DNA from: Octopus sinensis
Taxonomy: Eukaryota
Assembly: GCF_006345805.1 (NCBI RefSeq)
Contig: NW_021834968.1
Span: 1-43,901 of the forward strand
Direction: 5' to 3'
Length of the DNA stretch: 43,901 bases
Both the position numbers and the translations under genes were made by a program. Under the pieces are notes generated by a model. It saw only the letters and a list, made by a program, of their open reading frames with translations. It had not been told where the DNA came from and made no database searches. Below, piece after piece: positions 1 to 13,125 of this stretch. Every line of letters starts with the position of its first letter. Position 1 is the stretch's first letter.

Positions 1-9
1 CTCCCTGCG

Positions 10-195
<186 letters not shown>

Positions 196-469
196 CTTTA
201 TAGACAGATTTATTGTATGCATGTATTAGAAGAAAATTTCAAATACTGAACCTCCAATTTGTATCGCCTATTTGAGGTAAAGTAGACCATGGTAAATATA
301 TTGTATTAACTCTATTCGTACATTAAAGGAATAATCCTCGTGAGTGTCTGACTGATTGACCGCTCACAGGATAGAACACTTCACTCCCCACTATAGCACT
401 CTATTTTTAAACACACATACACGCTTAAATACATATATGCAAACACACACACACATATACACATATATA

Positions 470-514
<45 letters not shown>

Positions 515-521
515 ACATGTA

Positions 522-599
<78 letters not shown>

Positions 600-600
600 A

Positions 601-717
601 AGTTAATCCACACATGAAAACACACAGCGTGAGGACGTGGAACAAGTATAGTGTTATTGGACGCTGAGGAAAAGAAAGATCCAAGGAAGGGAAGACGGAG
701 GAAAAAAATCGCCAACG
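601..717 (-). mobile_element. Short non-autonomous PLE-terminus-like repeat, internally deleted relative to the copy at 26677-26858
   Basis: AGTTAATCCA..ATGAAA..GAGGACGTGGAACAA..TTATTGGACGCT..GGAAGAC.GAGGAAAAAAATCGCCAAC shared with 26677-26858; both copies abut (TA)n. Confidence 0.65.
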
Positions 718-737
718 ATACACACGCGGTCACATAT

Positions 738-770
<33 letters not shown>

Positions 771-773
<3 letters not shown>

Positions 774-1495
774 GGTGGGTGGAAAAGTAACTAGGCATTA
801 GAAATTGATAATAGAATTTTTAGTATCACCGAAGTCATGATGAAAACATTTTTTAAACAAACAACTGTAGAGGGTATTTTTTTATTTTCTTATTGTCTTA
901 TTTCTTATTTCTTATTTTCCAAATGGCCAGTCTCTTGACTGTTCAGAAGCGAGCTAAGATAACAGCTCGCTATAAAATGTGAAAATCCGTTGTTTTGGTT
1001 CAGAGATGTTGGCGTGCATGGAAAGGTAAGCGTGTAACACTACGACTGGAGACAATTAAAAGTTGTCATGCAAAGCTGATGACCACGGGCTTTGTGAACG
1101 ATGCAAGAAGTGGCCGTCCAACTACATCCCGATCAACGGAGAACGTGGCAACAGTGCAAGAGATGTTTAGTCGCAGTGCGCAAAAATCAACACGTCAAGC
1201 ATCTCGTGAAAATGGATTAACAAGATGCATAAAGAAATGAATTTTCGTCCGTGGAAACACCATTACGTACAGGAGCTAAAACCTGAAGACTGCGACCGCA
1301 GAATGAAATATGGAAAGTTAATGCTAGGTAGGTATGATGATCGCCTAAATTGTTTGAAAACATCCTCTGGATTGACGAGGCTGGGATGTTATACTACCGA
1401 TGGCACAGCGGAGGACTTGAAGACACGGATGCTGGAGATACTCGTTGGTATCCCAGACAATGTCCTTCAGAAGGTTATTCATTCCTACTTGGTTT
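771..1495 (+). mobile_element. Decayed, internally deleted Tc1/mariner transposon
   Basis: TA-CAGGGTG terminus; HTH region (ARSGRPTTSR..STRQASRE), 'ENILWIDEA' first catalytic Asp, then a jump to C-terminal 'TAEDLKTRM..IPDNVLQKV'; frameshifted. Confidence 0.85.
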
Positions 1496-1960
1496 ATACT
1501 TGTTTATGGAGAAATTACGTCTTTTCTGTGTTTCTCCCGCTCGTTCCGTAAAAATTATTTGAAGACAGCAGAAATTGAAAGAAGAGAAAGCGAAAAGGAA
1601 AGAGAAAGAAAATGAAAGATGTATGTACGTCTATACAAAATGGATGCGTATGTGTACGTGCGTGCGCGTGTGTGTGAGAGACAGACAAATAGAGTGAAAA
1701 AGAGAAATAGAGTGAGTGAGAAGGTGTGTGTCGTGATGATTGATATCTTTTAAGGTACACCTACATATAGAAAATGTGACGTCATTGTATAAAATGTTTA
1801 CGATAGTTCGTTTATGGAAAATATTGTAATGTTAAATTTTTGAAATGCAAATATGTGAATGAAAATTAAGTTTAATTAGTAGCCGAAATAGTATTGAATA
1901 TTTTGATACCCCATACGTCAAAATCTGTAACTCGGTTTTGGGAACGCATAAAGAATATAG

Positions 1961-2007
<47 letters not shown>

Positions 2008-2141
2008 ACAACTTCTTTCAAACTCAAAGGCAAGAAGTTGGAATTTTATTTGGCGCTTGACACTGCATGGATCTTGGCTTTTGTATTTGACGACTGTTGC
2101 TTTAAGTATTTTATTTCGATTTTATGTACATATGTATGCAC

Positions 2142-2172
<31 letters not shown>

Positions 2173-2499
2173 TGTATCTATGTATGACCCAATGAGGGAG
2201 ACCTCTACATGGTAGCTAGACTTAGTACAGATAGCAGCCAAATCTCCCTCAAAACACCCTACTGTCTTAATCCGACAATTCTGTCTATTATGTAGTTTGA
2301 ATGAAAAACTGTAACTAAAGATTGAGGTTATTTACCCCAAACTTGGACAGTGTTAAGAAGTGGAGATGTTTGGTGAATGTATGTGGTGGTTACTTTAGAC
2401 TGTTTTTTCTCAATAAGGATAATTTATTGACAACGAATCTTAACACAATATATATATACAATTTCAAGTGGAATCGGACATCATAAGAGACACAGAGAG

Positions 2500-2788
2500 A
2501 GAAAAGAAGAGAGACAGCATAGCGACGGTTTTGGCTGACTGTCATCCTGTACTTCCCTTCTTACTAGCGAAATGGTATTTGTCGGCTGTCTGAGCAAACA
2601 CGTTAATTTTAAAAGCGGAACAAAAATAGCAATTCTCACTTTGAAACTAACAATCTGAAAATCTTTTTAGATTGCGGAACGCCCCGCTTTCTCATGTATC
2701 CATGTTTAAAATTTCAGCGCGATCGGATGAACAACACTCGAGTTATAAGCGCACAAACAGACAGAGGAACGGATTTTTATATATAGAT
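2500..2788 (+). mobile_element. Probable Helentron-associated non-autonomous element (HINE/DINE-1-like) 3' part
   Basis: AAATTTCAGCGCGATCGGATGAAC..GAGTTATAAGCG..CAAACAGACAG..TTTTATATATAGAT end resembles DINE-1/HINE termini; left boundary uncertain. Confidence 0.5.
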
Positions 2789-2789
2789 A

Positions 2790-2811
2790 TGTATATATAC
2801 ATACACACACA

Positions 2812-2898
<87 letters not shown>

Positions 2899-3060
2899 CA
2901 TAATATACAACACACATATATATATACACATATATATACATATATATATATATATACATATATATACACACATATATATATAGAGATATACACCAACATA
3001 TATATATATATGTATATACACACACACTCATACACACACATACACATACATATATGTAAG
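2790..3060. repeat. (CA)n/(TA)n compound microsatellite
   Basis: Direct reading. Confidence 0.9.
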
Positions 3061-3341
3061 TATGGTGATGCAAACGGGAGATATAAAGCAGAAAGTGAGT
3101 ATATGTATTTTTCTATTAATATTCAGCAGAAGCAACAGAATAAGTGAAAGCACAATTTCATGCGTTGGCATTTAAACGAACGAAACCCTCGGCCCTCGAG
3201 TCAGTCTGTCGCTTCAGTTAAATATCAAGATATATATATATAATATATAAAATATTATTAGAGACAAAACCACTATTTTGCAAAACAAACAAGGAAAGAC
3301 TTATCAATACATAAAATTTAATAAATAGTCAAAAAAAACCG

Positions 3342-3384
3342 CCACTACAATTGTTTCTTGTCTTGATCGACAATCTTCAGGTGG
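3342..3384 (-). ncRNA. Minimal type I hammerhead ribozyme (left arm)
   Basis: Exact reverse complement of 3442-3484. Confidence 0.85.
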
Positions 3385-3441
3385 GGTTCCAATTTACAAG
3401 TCAGTTTCAAATAATTTGAAACTGACTTGTAAATTGGAAGC

Positions 3442-3484
3442 CCACCTGAAGATTGTCGATCAAGACAAGAAACAATTGTAGTGG
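3442..3484 (+). ncRNA. Minimal type I hammerhead ribozyme (right arm)
   Basis: CCAC-CTGAAGA-TTGTC gatcaa GACAA-GAAA-CAATTG-TA-GTGG: stem I 4 bp, stem II 5 bp, palindromic stem III ACAATTGT, GUA site with predicted cut after 3480. Confidence 0.85.
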
Positions 3485-3677
3485 CGGTTTTTTTGACTAT
3501 TTATTAAAATTTTATGTATTGATTAAGTCTTTCCTTGTTTGTTTTGCAAAATAGTGGTTTTGTCTCTAATAATATTTTATAATATTTTACTATAAAATTG
3601 GATTTAATCCTAAATCTGATTTTTTTCCCTGTAAATTTGGATTTATTCCCTAATTTTATTATTATTATATATATATA

Positions 3678-3714
<37 letters not shown>

Positions 3715-3789
3715 TCTATTATTATTCTCTTATTCCTTTACTGTATCAGACCTAAAGGTGTACCATGCTGGAGCATCGGCAGTGTAATC

Positions 3790-4792
3790 ACCCCTTTAAT
3801 GCTCAATTCTATGTGTTTGGCTTTTGGTGAAGAAGGGAGTTCAATACTTCTGCCCTCTTTTGTATCTCCTGCCTTGATATTGGTTCACCTGGGACCTTTG
3901 ATAGCAGGAGGTGAAGTTGTTTCTTGATAACATCTGCACCCACTCCATGAAGACCCCTCAGATATTTTAGCCAGGCCCTTGAATCCTAAACTATTGCAGT
4001 ACATGGTTCTTTCTCTAGATGGCATTGCTTGGATCTTTGGAACAGCGCAGCGACGTCCATTTCGGAGTCTGGTATAGCTATCGATTTCAAAGTTCGGTGT
4101 CACCCCATCCAGGATCTTCCATACATACATCACTGCGTACTTCTCTCGTCTTAGCTCCTAATAGTTAAGTCGTAGCCCTTTCAATTTCTCCCAGCAGCTC
4201 AGCTGTTCCATTCATGCAGTCTTCCTGGTGTGACATCGCTGAGCTGCCTCAAGTTTTGCTATTAATCTTATACTGCAGAGTGACCACAGTGAAAGCAGTG
4301 GTACAGACGGCTGAGCACAAATGTCCTCTATAGAACTAGCATAGTTCCCTGGTCCCGTGTTCTAAAAGTTCTTAGAATCCATCCGATCGTCTCGCCTCCA
4401 CACTGCCACCATATTGGGGATATGTATGTGAAACGAGGCATCGTTGGTCATATCAACCCCAAGATCACACACCGTATGTGACTCTGGGATTGCCGCTCCT
4501 TTCGGTCCAAAGTATCGTTGTTGCGGCTTCTGAGAACCAATTAGCAGACATCTGAGAGCATGGAATTTGCCTGCATTAAATTGCGTGTTGTTTTCCTCAG
4601 CCCATTTATATATGGTATCTAGGGCTTTCTGAAGAAGATTATCATAAGAAGGTTCTTTGATTATTTATACTACATTTGTGTCGTCGACACAGCTAATAAT
4701 GTGGCTGTCTGTTCGACTGATGGCATGTCTGACAGAGCTACCATGAAAAGCAGCGGCACCTATACAGTACCCAGAAGCAATCCATATACTTA
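3790..4792 (-). mobile_element. CR1/L2-group LINE, decayed RT C-terminal fragment
   Basis: Translates to decayed GVPQGTV-like motif, 'SCVDDT', 'KWAEENNTQFNAGKFHALR', 'YVWKILDGVTPNF', 'SLGFKG'. Confidence 0.85.
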
Positions 4793-4914
4793 TACATATA
4801 TATTCACACATATTCACTTCCACGCACTTTTTGGCGCACAAATAGAAAAATACAGTACATCTAGTACAGTTTATTTTATTCATTCGAACCTGATTCATAT
4901 ATGCCTGTCTGTAT

Positions 4915-4920
4915 GTGTGT

Positions 4921-4956
<36 letters not shown>

Positions 4957-4980
4957 CATACATACAGTATATATATATAC

Positions 4981-5015
<35 letters not shown>

Positions 5016-5029
5016 CATACATATATATA

Positions 5030-5073
<44 letters not shown>

Positions 5074-5270
5074 GTATATATATATGTATGTATATATATA
5101 TATGCATATATATGAATACACACTCACATACATATATATATAAACACACACTCATATACATACATACATACATACATACATACAACATACATACATACAT
5201 ACATACATACATACATACATACATACATACATACATACAACATACATACATACATACATGCATACATACA
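4915..5270. repeat. (TA)n followed by (ACAT)n
   Basis: Direct reading. Confidence 0.9.
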
Positions 5271-5506
5271 TATGTGTTTCCTTTATAACTGTTTGATTGC
5301 TTTTTGTGTACACTTCGTTTATTTTGTCGAATGTCACAAAATTTATTGAATGAATATTTATTAATAGATAAACACACATACTTGTTCTCATTTTAGAACT
5401 TGTCATTCTTCTCTTTCTTCTTTCTTTTTCTTTGCGTATTTTTTTTCTTTTCTTCTTCTTTTAATTGCAATACTAGCACTGGCACCCACGTCACCACCTT
5501 CGTCAT

Positions 5507-5508
5507 AC

Positions 5509-5544
<36 letters not shown>

Positions 5545-5659
5545 AATCATCATCATCATCATCATCATCTCGTAGCAATGCTATAAATCTGTACTATATG
5601 AATATATAGTGTGTGTAGGTCGATATGTATATATAGATAAGTATATATAGATAAGTATA

Positions 5660-5714
<55 letters not shown>

Positions 5715-5719
5715 TAGAT

Positions 5720-5791
<72 letters not shown>

Positions 5792-5794
5792 GTA

Positions 5795-5860
<66 letters not shown>
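5507..5860. repeat. (CAT)n, (TA)n and (TAGA)n microsatellite cluster
   Basis: Direct reading. Confidence 0.9.
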
Positions 5861-5863
<3 letters not shown>

Positions 5864-6635
5864 AGAGAGAGAGAGAGGGACAGAGAAATGGGGTATGAGT
5901 GATGGAAAAATGAGTGTGTGCGTCTAAGTGTACATGTGTATTTGTGTTTCTATGAGTCTGTGTGTACGTAAACGTGCAAAACTCTTTGTAGGAAATGTCT
6001 ATGCGTATATGTATACGAAAGGCTTATGTCTATGTGTGTGTGCAAAAGGTGTACTTGAGATTAATATATTTACTTCTCTTTTAATACCATTTTGTTTTGG
6101 TGACCTAGATCTTTTCTACTTTTCTCTCTCCCTCCCCACCTCTCTCTGTGTCTCTCTTTCTCTCTCTCTCTCTCACACTCTCTCCATCACTCTATCTATC
6201 TATCTATCTTTCTTTCCTTCTATCTTTTTGATATTTTTATATTGAAGTTTTGTCTGACGTCAGACGATACAGTAACGCCATTAACCAGATGTAAACGATA
6301 TGACTCTACAGGCATTCCAGACTTACCTTGGCTACAATGTGTCACAAAACTCTACCTGTCAAACGATATTCCCGCCCTCCGTCACGTCATTGTTGTTAAT
6401 TTACGTCAATATTTCCAAGAAAAGTTATTTATAAATAAATATACTACCCACCCATTTACCCGCACTAAGTGACTTTTGACATAAGCCAAACACCGAGGGT
6501 AACTAAGCTATCTCTCACCTATTTCTTTCATATAGGTATTTTTAGTTTACTTGTTTGTTACTATTTTAAGGTTTCTTTTACTGCCAATGACTAAAAAGTA
6601 TGATTGGAATACACTGCCCGATTATTTCAGAGATC

Positions 6636-7046
6636 GGATCTTTACGGTTTGAACGGCAGTTTTTAACATAATTTCTAGGTAACTAAAAGATTTTAAACTT
6701 CGTATACTGGTAGAATGTGTTTATAAAACATCTTTTTCTCTTGGCTTTACTGAGAAAATTCTATAGTTTGTAAGATATTTGTTGGGTTTTTTTCTTCAAT
6801 TTTTGCAATTTCAACCAATCGATGACGTCCATTGAGTTAGAAAACATTCTGTGCCGTATGAATATGTCCCTCGTTTAAGAAACCGATTGGGTTTGTTTAC
6901 ATTTGTGAAGAAAAAAAATACCCTTCCCTCCACCCCTAACACTAAAATAGATTGAAATGCAATAGATCGATATTAGGGTCATAATTATGGGTGACAATTT
7001 CATATGACACCGCTAGAAAAAACTGCCGTTCAAACCGAAAAGATCC
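6636..7046. mobile_element. MITE, copy 1 (family shared with 16219-16658)
   Basis: ~28 bp TIRs GGATCTTT(A/T)CGGTTTGAACGGCAGTTTT / AAAACTGCCGTTCAAACCGAAAAGATCC; internal sequence matches copy 2; no TSD seen. Confidence 0.9.
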
Positions 7047-7324
7047 CAAGTTACGTCTGCCTCTAAGGAGCCCGCAAGAGAAATTGAGGAAATGAACAAA
7101 GATTTTTAAAATACTGAAATTTCGAAGCAATTACGACCAACTAAACATAACTCATGTGTTGTGTCTTGTAAACTTTATATAAAATTAGCAAATGCCGTCA
7201 CTGTAAATTATACAGCATTTGAGTCTAAACAGTTATTTTTAGTTGTTGTTGTTGCCGTCTACTTTCTACACTAAGTTGTTTTTAGCGGCAGAAGCAGACT
7301 AATTTCGCGCGTGATGTGTATGCG

Positions 7325-7495
7325 CTTGACAACCGGTGTTGGTTTACACCACCGTAACTTCAGCAAAAAATGACCCATAGAATAAGTACCAGATTTTACA
7401 AATAACTACTGGGATTGATTTCTTCGAGTAAACACTTCAACGCCGTTTGGCTGTAGTCAATCATTTGAAAGAAGTAAAATATAAAAGAAAAGAAT
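7325..7495 (+). mobile_element. Degenerate 3' half of SINE family A
   Basis: GCTTGACAACCGGTGTTGG..GTAACTT..AGAATAAGTAC..AAGTAAAA resembles 20390-20550. Confidence 0.6.
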
Positions 7496-7907
7496 TAATT
7501 GAATGCAATTTCTATTTTTTTTTCTTTTTTCTTAAAGTTTGTTGATTTGCTAGCTTGTCATGTCGTTTTAGCACTCGTAGATCAGTTTGGTATATTTATA
7601 TCATATATAAGTGACAACTACAATATTTATTTTTTAAATTCGGAAAATGATGGTGTACTATAATTTACAAAAAGACCATACAATGTAGCATGCGTCAAAT
7701 TTGATTCAAGAAATGGATGGTAAAGTTTTGTCGTAAGTTTATGCCATAAAATTCTATTAAACCATTCAATGAAGAATAAGAACGGCATTTCTCAACCAAC
7801 CATCTTAATCTAGCAGGCAAAGACTTGTTTTTCGAACAGAAGTCATCCAATATGAAACGTATGCAATATAACCAGAGTGGACAGGTATAGATTCATAAGT
7901 ATAGATT

Positions 7908-8600
7908 ATGTACAAAAATACAGTCTCTGGCTCTCAAAGCTATCTCCATGAAGCTGTAGGTATGGTGTACTTTGCTAAATTTAATATTCTGGACATAAGG
8001 GTGATATGTTTGTTGTGCAAAATTATTGATGCTGATAAAGAAGTACATTTATTTTACACAGAAGTGAGACTGATTTCAAGTGGTAATGTGGGTAATTGAT
8101 TTCGAGTGGTAATCTAGGGATTAAACTGAAAGAATTCTTTTCTAGAAATCAGAAGATAAAGCAATCCGATTTCCAGATAAATTTTCTGACAACAAATGGC
8201 CAATAAAGCTAACAAATCTGAATGATATTGTTTTTACGAGCCAATATAGTCAACAATGCGTTTCTAAGCAAACTAGCTACCGTTATAGACGCCATCGAAA
8301 AATTAAAGTCATTTCAGATAAAACTTAAGTTGTAGAAAGAAAAACTGAAGGCGGATCGTTACGATAGATTTGAGAATATGATTGAAAGTACTACGTTGCT
8401 GCAAGCGGAGAACATAACGAAATATGTGCTAACCCAGATAAAATTTGCTTTGCTACGTGACGAATTTGACATCTACTTTCCCGATATTAGGGAACTGGTT
8501 GATCAACTCGTTCGAAGTCGTTTAAAACTAATAGCGGATCAATTCTAGTCAACTTGCAAGATAAATTTATAGAATTTATAAATGACTTCACAACCTAATA
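7908..8600 (+). mobile_element. Decayed hAT (Buster/SPIN/Charlie-type) transposase fragment
   Basis: 'LLCKIIDADKEVHLFYTEVRLISSGNV' (HTEVRWLSRG motif), 'KWPIKLTNLNDI', 'KLKSFQIKLKL*', 'LRDEFDIYFPD', 'LQDKFIEFIND'. Confidence 0.85.
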
Positions 8601-8869
8601 TTCTTTGAAACCTCTTTCTTAACAAAATGCTGGCATTCCACAACGAAGTTTTATGACTGGGTGCTGAAAAGTCCCTGGCTTTAAGGGTATCGCACAAGGA
8701 TAGGGCTGTTACCTTTACAAGAGAGGTAGGATAACTATTTCGAAGATATGAAAAAAATCATGATGGCATACAATATATCTTTCTCTTTTTTGCAGATTCA
8801 AGGACCTTTACATGAAACCTGTAAAGAGTTCATGTCTCATATGAATAAATGAGTGATAGCACACACGTA

Positions 8870-9640
8870 CGGTATACATCAACTTTTGTTCCCCTTGTAA
8901 TTCCATGCTAGGACCAGACACGAGCCTCAGGAACCCTGGAGGAATCAGTGGCCTTCTGAAGCCTGGAAGATATTTCATCATCCAAGGAGCGACACTGGCT
9001 GAGTGAGCTCCTCGGATAGACAAACTTATCTAATAGTTTCAGTACTGTTCTTTCAACAAATTTGGATGGTTTCATATACAGGTTTTTTGAAGCAGGCTGG
9101 AACATTACAACAACCTTGTGCAGGCTAATACTGAGTCCAAGTACGTTGCAAGATGCAGAAATATGATCCGTGAAAATTTGCATTTCTTCACCTGTATGAG
9201 TAACTAAGTTGCAATCGCCGCATAAAGGAAGTCACGAATGAGAGACTGAAAATCTTTGGAATAGACAGTAAATTGACGCAAAATGAAGAGACGATTAGAA
9301 ATTCGGCACCTCACATATCTCTCAGAGGAGCAATCCACAGCAAAAGCATGAGTGAGAGTAACAGTAAAATACAAGGAAATGAGAGCTGGGTCAAGGATTC
9401 CACCTTGCTTGACACCATTCTCTACAGGGATAAGTCCCTTCACGCCACCACCGACATCGAGCAATGCTTCCATCGCATCATGAAATGATTTAATTATCAA
9501 TACAAACTGGTTATGACAACCAAGTTTGCCAAGTGTTTTCACAGGGCTAAACAATATCCATATTCTGCTCATCTTTTTGCATCTGTCTTGCTGGGAAGAT
9601 CATATCTGTAGTTCTCCTACCTGAACGAAAGCCACATTAA
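8870..9640 (-). mobile_element. RTE-clade LINE RT fragment, decayed
   Basis: 'LGKLGC..FVLIIKSFHDAM..VENGVKQGGILDP', 'RLFILRQF', 'SLDDEISSRLQKA'. Confidence 0.88.
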
Positions 9641-9731
9641 GATTCAGATAGGGCATCGTCGGCAACTAAACCGGTACCCCACCTAGTTAGCCGAGTGAGG
9701 AGGGTTACTAGAAACCCAGGAGAATATACAT

Positions 9732-9825
9732 ACGTACGTACATACATACATACATACATACATACATACATACATACATACATACATACATACATACATA
9801 CATACATACATACATACATAAGTAC
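9732..9825. repeat. (ACAT)n microsatellite
   Basis: Direct reading. Confidence 0.95.
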
Positions 9826-10059
9826 GTACGTACATTCGCACGTGCAATGTGCGTACGTATGTATGTATAGATACAGGGAGACCCAAAAAATATATACACA
9901 TTTCAACTCATTCGATGTAACCCAAAAGAAATAATGAACAGGGCCAGACTAAGCTTTGAATAAAGGAAATATTCCTATAGTGCTAGGGGAAGTTTGAAAA
10001 CGCATTCGAAGTGGAAAAAAACTTTAGAAGGGAGTTTCAGACTGATTCACCTTTGTGAC

Positions 10060-10830
10060 TTACCATCACTCGAAATTTGAAGCAGGTGGCACTGCTCAGA
10101 ATGTCACCAAGAAACGTTTTGTATGACCGCGCACATCGACGAGACCCACAAAGCAAGTGTAGGAAAAATATATTGCCAGAGTTCAAAAGAAATCTGTGAC
10201 AAGCGAGTGGTGGTATAGAAATTTCAAGATCAGGTGTCCATCGCATTGTGAAATGCGGTATTGGAAAAATTAAATTCGAGAATAGTTCATGCTATCGATG
10301 AATATGATTCGGACTGAAAAGTGAAGTATTGCACGTGTTACTCGACAAGTTGTGTAGAAGGTGCACACTTTCCGAGAACGATTGTTTAGAGTGATAATTC
10401 AATTAAATGTCTCAAGTAAACGTCATGATAGCACCTACGGTGGACCTGAGAATCCACATATTAAGGAGGAACGTCATGTTAATTTATCATCTTATCAAGA
10501 AGGATTAAATAGACGAATCTCTTATGATGCTTCTGTGACTGGTACCATTTTCTTGAACTTACTGCGACAATCTGTCAAGCTAAGTATTCAAGAGGACTTT
10601 GAAAACGTAGAGCTTTATTTCCAGTATAAAATGACATCCCCGCACTAGGGTAGTATTGTAAGGGTCTTTCCATAAACGTAGATTGGACGAAAAGGTTCAT
10701 TAGAATACCTTCCGCGTTCAGCGGCCCTCACTTCACTAACTTTTGTTTTTCATGAGGCTACACACGAAGGATAGAGTTTACGGTACAAAATCTGCAACGG
10801 TTGATGAATTGAGGACAATGGAAGAGAATA
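10060..10830 (+). mobile_element. Decayed Tc1/mariner transposase (same general type as 771-1495)
   Basis: 'KFEAGG..*PRTS', 'ISRSGVHRI', 'HDSTYGGPENPH..E', 'VTGTIFLNLL', 'IGRKGSLEYLPRS' (WPPRSPDL-like), 'DRVYGTK..TVDELR'. Confidence 0.82.
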
Positions 10831-10988
10831 CGCACAAATACAGAACAAAATGATCTTTTATGTTTGCGATTCCATTACCTTGCGTTATCGGTAGTACCTA
10901 ACCCAAAACGTAGAAGATTCAATTCTGTCTGTAGATTCTATTAAACTTTGAAAATATGTATTTTATAAATACTGACTATAATTATTCA

Positions 10989-11025
<37 letters not shown>

Positions 11026-11152
11026 TATATTGCTGTTGGCATCCTTTTTGTCTCGGGAGACAATGGAGTTGCGCATAAAATAATCTAGTCCGGCTTTTAC
11101 ATTTCATCTCCTAATACATTTCCTGCTGTGGACGTGTAGTCCTATCCTGAAT

Positions 11153-11219
<67 letters not shown>

Positions 11220-12122
11220 GGACACACTGTATATGCGGGGCGTATAACAAAAATGATTTCTACCTTTATACATGTGTGTGTATGTGTGTGTGTAAACTAT
11301 TTTTACTTTACCTATCCTTATTATTTATAGGAATAAATATTTTTATATGTTCTATATATACGTACTTCTATAAATATACGTACCCACACATATATATACA
11401 CACACAAACGTACACACACATACATATATGTGTGGGGGGTGTATGTATGTATTCATATGTGTGTGTGTGTATGTGAGTTTGTGTGTGTGTGTATGTACGT
11501 GTGTGTGTTGGAGGGACATGTGTGAGTGTGTGTAATTGAATTGGTTGAAAGTCACACGTTTCAGCTTATATAATATATTTTTTCCTATTGGTCGTCATTT
11601 ACGTCATAGGCTTCGCTTCACCTATTTCAGAAGATATATAATGGGAATATAGCGATTGAATGTCCAATAATATTTTTCTTTTTATCTGTTTTGAAGAGTA
11701 ATGTATTATCTCACATACAGGACAAACATAAGCGTTCATTCAAATCAAAGCTCACTTGGGTGTGTGTAACGATTCAATTATTCAGTTGGTAATCAAAGTC
11801 ACCCTTTGGGTGCCAATCTGTCAACGTCAAGAAAAGCTTCAACTTGGAACAGCAAAGTGAACATCAACTTGGGTTTACTTATTAGTTAGAATGTAGCGAC
11901 CCGCCTACAGATAAGATTTTGCGAATTTTATCTTTTAATTGTAGTTACCTATTTTAGTTACTTATATGCATGACACATCTAGACACGCAAACTGACCTAA
12001 AACTAAGAAAAAGTAAAATAAATGACGAAACGGCAGAGTCGTTAGAGCCTCAGATAAACAGATTTGCTGTATTTTTCTAATTTTGTGCTCTTATTATTAT
12101 CATTATTATTATTATTATTATT

Positions 12123-12436
12123 GAGTGAGAGAGCAGTGCATGCCATCAAAGTGACACTGGGGTAAAATATACGAAGCCCAATATACCCATCATGACTACC
12201 CGTCTGATAAAGGTACACCAGGCACATGCATCACAACCATATGTGCGCGACATGGTGATCTCATATCAAGATAAACAGCACATGACCTTGCAGGTGGGGC
12301 CCAGTTAGAATTTTCTTCAGGTTGAGTAGCCCATCCCGCTCAAAAGGTCCCTGAATAAGGGTTGTTTAAGGATGTTGAAAGAACCACCCATGTTTCCAGA
12401 GGTGAATTATTCAAACCCCAAATAATCCCTCTCAAC
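12123..12436 (-). mobile_element. 5'-truncated copy of non-coding retroelement 'X' embedded in (TAA)n
   Basis: Direct repeat of ~13161-13470; (TAA)n on both sides. Confidence 0.8.
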
Positions 12437-12437
12437 A

Positions 12438-12485
<48 letters not shown>

Positions 12486-13125
12486 TCCTTCTTTCTTCAA
12501 ATTTTCTACCGTTTTTCGCCGTGTTTTCCGTACACCTAGGGCAGAGAAACTCACTGTATGCATTCCCAGATTACACGCGCAAATTCACAGGTAAAATATG
12601 TACTTAAAAAATTAATAAATAAATAAATTCATGAATGGATGTTAATTTCACTGTGATAATGCTCTTCTCAGTACATGAGCCGTTCCAGTTAACACGATTT
12701 TTTGCACTTCCTGTAGGGATGGTAAGCCTGGTATCATTTTCAAATAGGTCTCATTACCTTTTTTTTTATCATTCCTAGAGATCCTACAATCACTGGTACT
12801 GTAGTCGCCTTGAGATGCCAGATTCTTTTCAATTTCTATTAGCAAGTCTTTATATTTACTGATCTTGTCAAATTCTTTCGCCGCTATATTGTGATCGCAA
12901 GGAATACTCATGTCAATTAATAAGCATACCTTTTTTGTCTGATCTTTTATAATAATATCCTGTTTATTAGCTTTCATAGTTTTGTCGGTATGTACGGGGA
13001 AGTCCCATAGAATCGATACATTTTCTCCCTCAGTCACAGCTTCAGGATGGTGTCTATGCCATTTGTCAGCAGTTTTGATTTTATAATGCCGACATATTAT
13101 CCAGTATGAATACTGGCCGACTCTG

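Larger units (their letters stand above)
3246..3581. mobile_element. Near-perfect ~336 bp fold-back palindrome derived from a PLE terminus
   Basis: Arms of ~167 bp centred on A3413 (TTCAAAT-A-ATTTGAA); I count one substitution and three 1-bp indels; each arm carries a hammerhead. Confidence 0.9.

Noticed and set aside
356-733. Ile/Tyr, Cys/Val, His/Thr, Met/Tyr/Val/Cys-rich ORFs here and throughout the ORF track
   Set aside because: They are translations of (TA)n, (CA)n and (ACAT)n microsatellites, which lack stops in some frames
8655-8810. Mariner-like terminus (GGGTGCTGAAAAGTCCCTGGC)
   Set aside because: No partner TIR or coding sequence found; too degenerate to call
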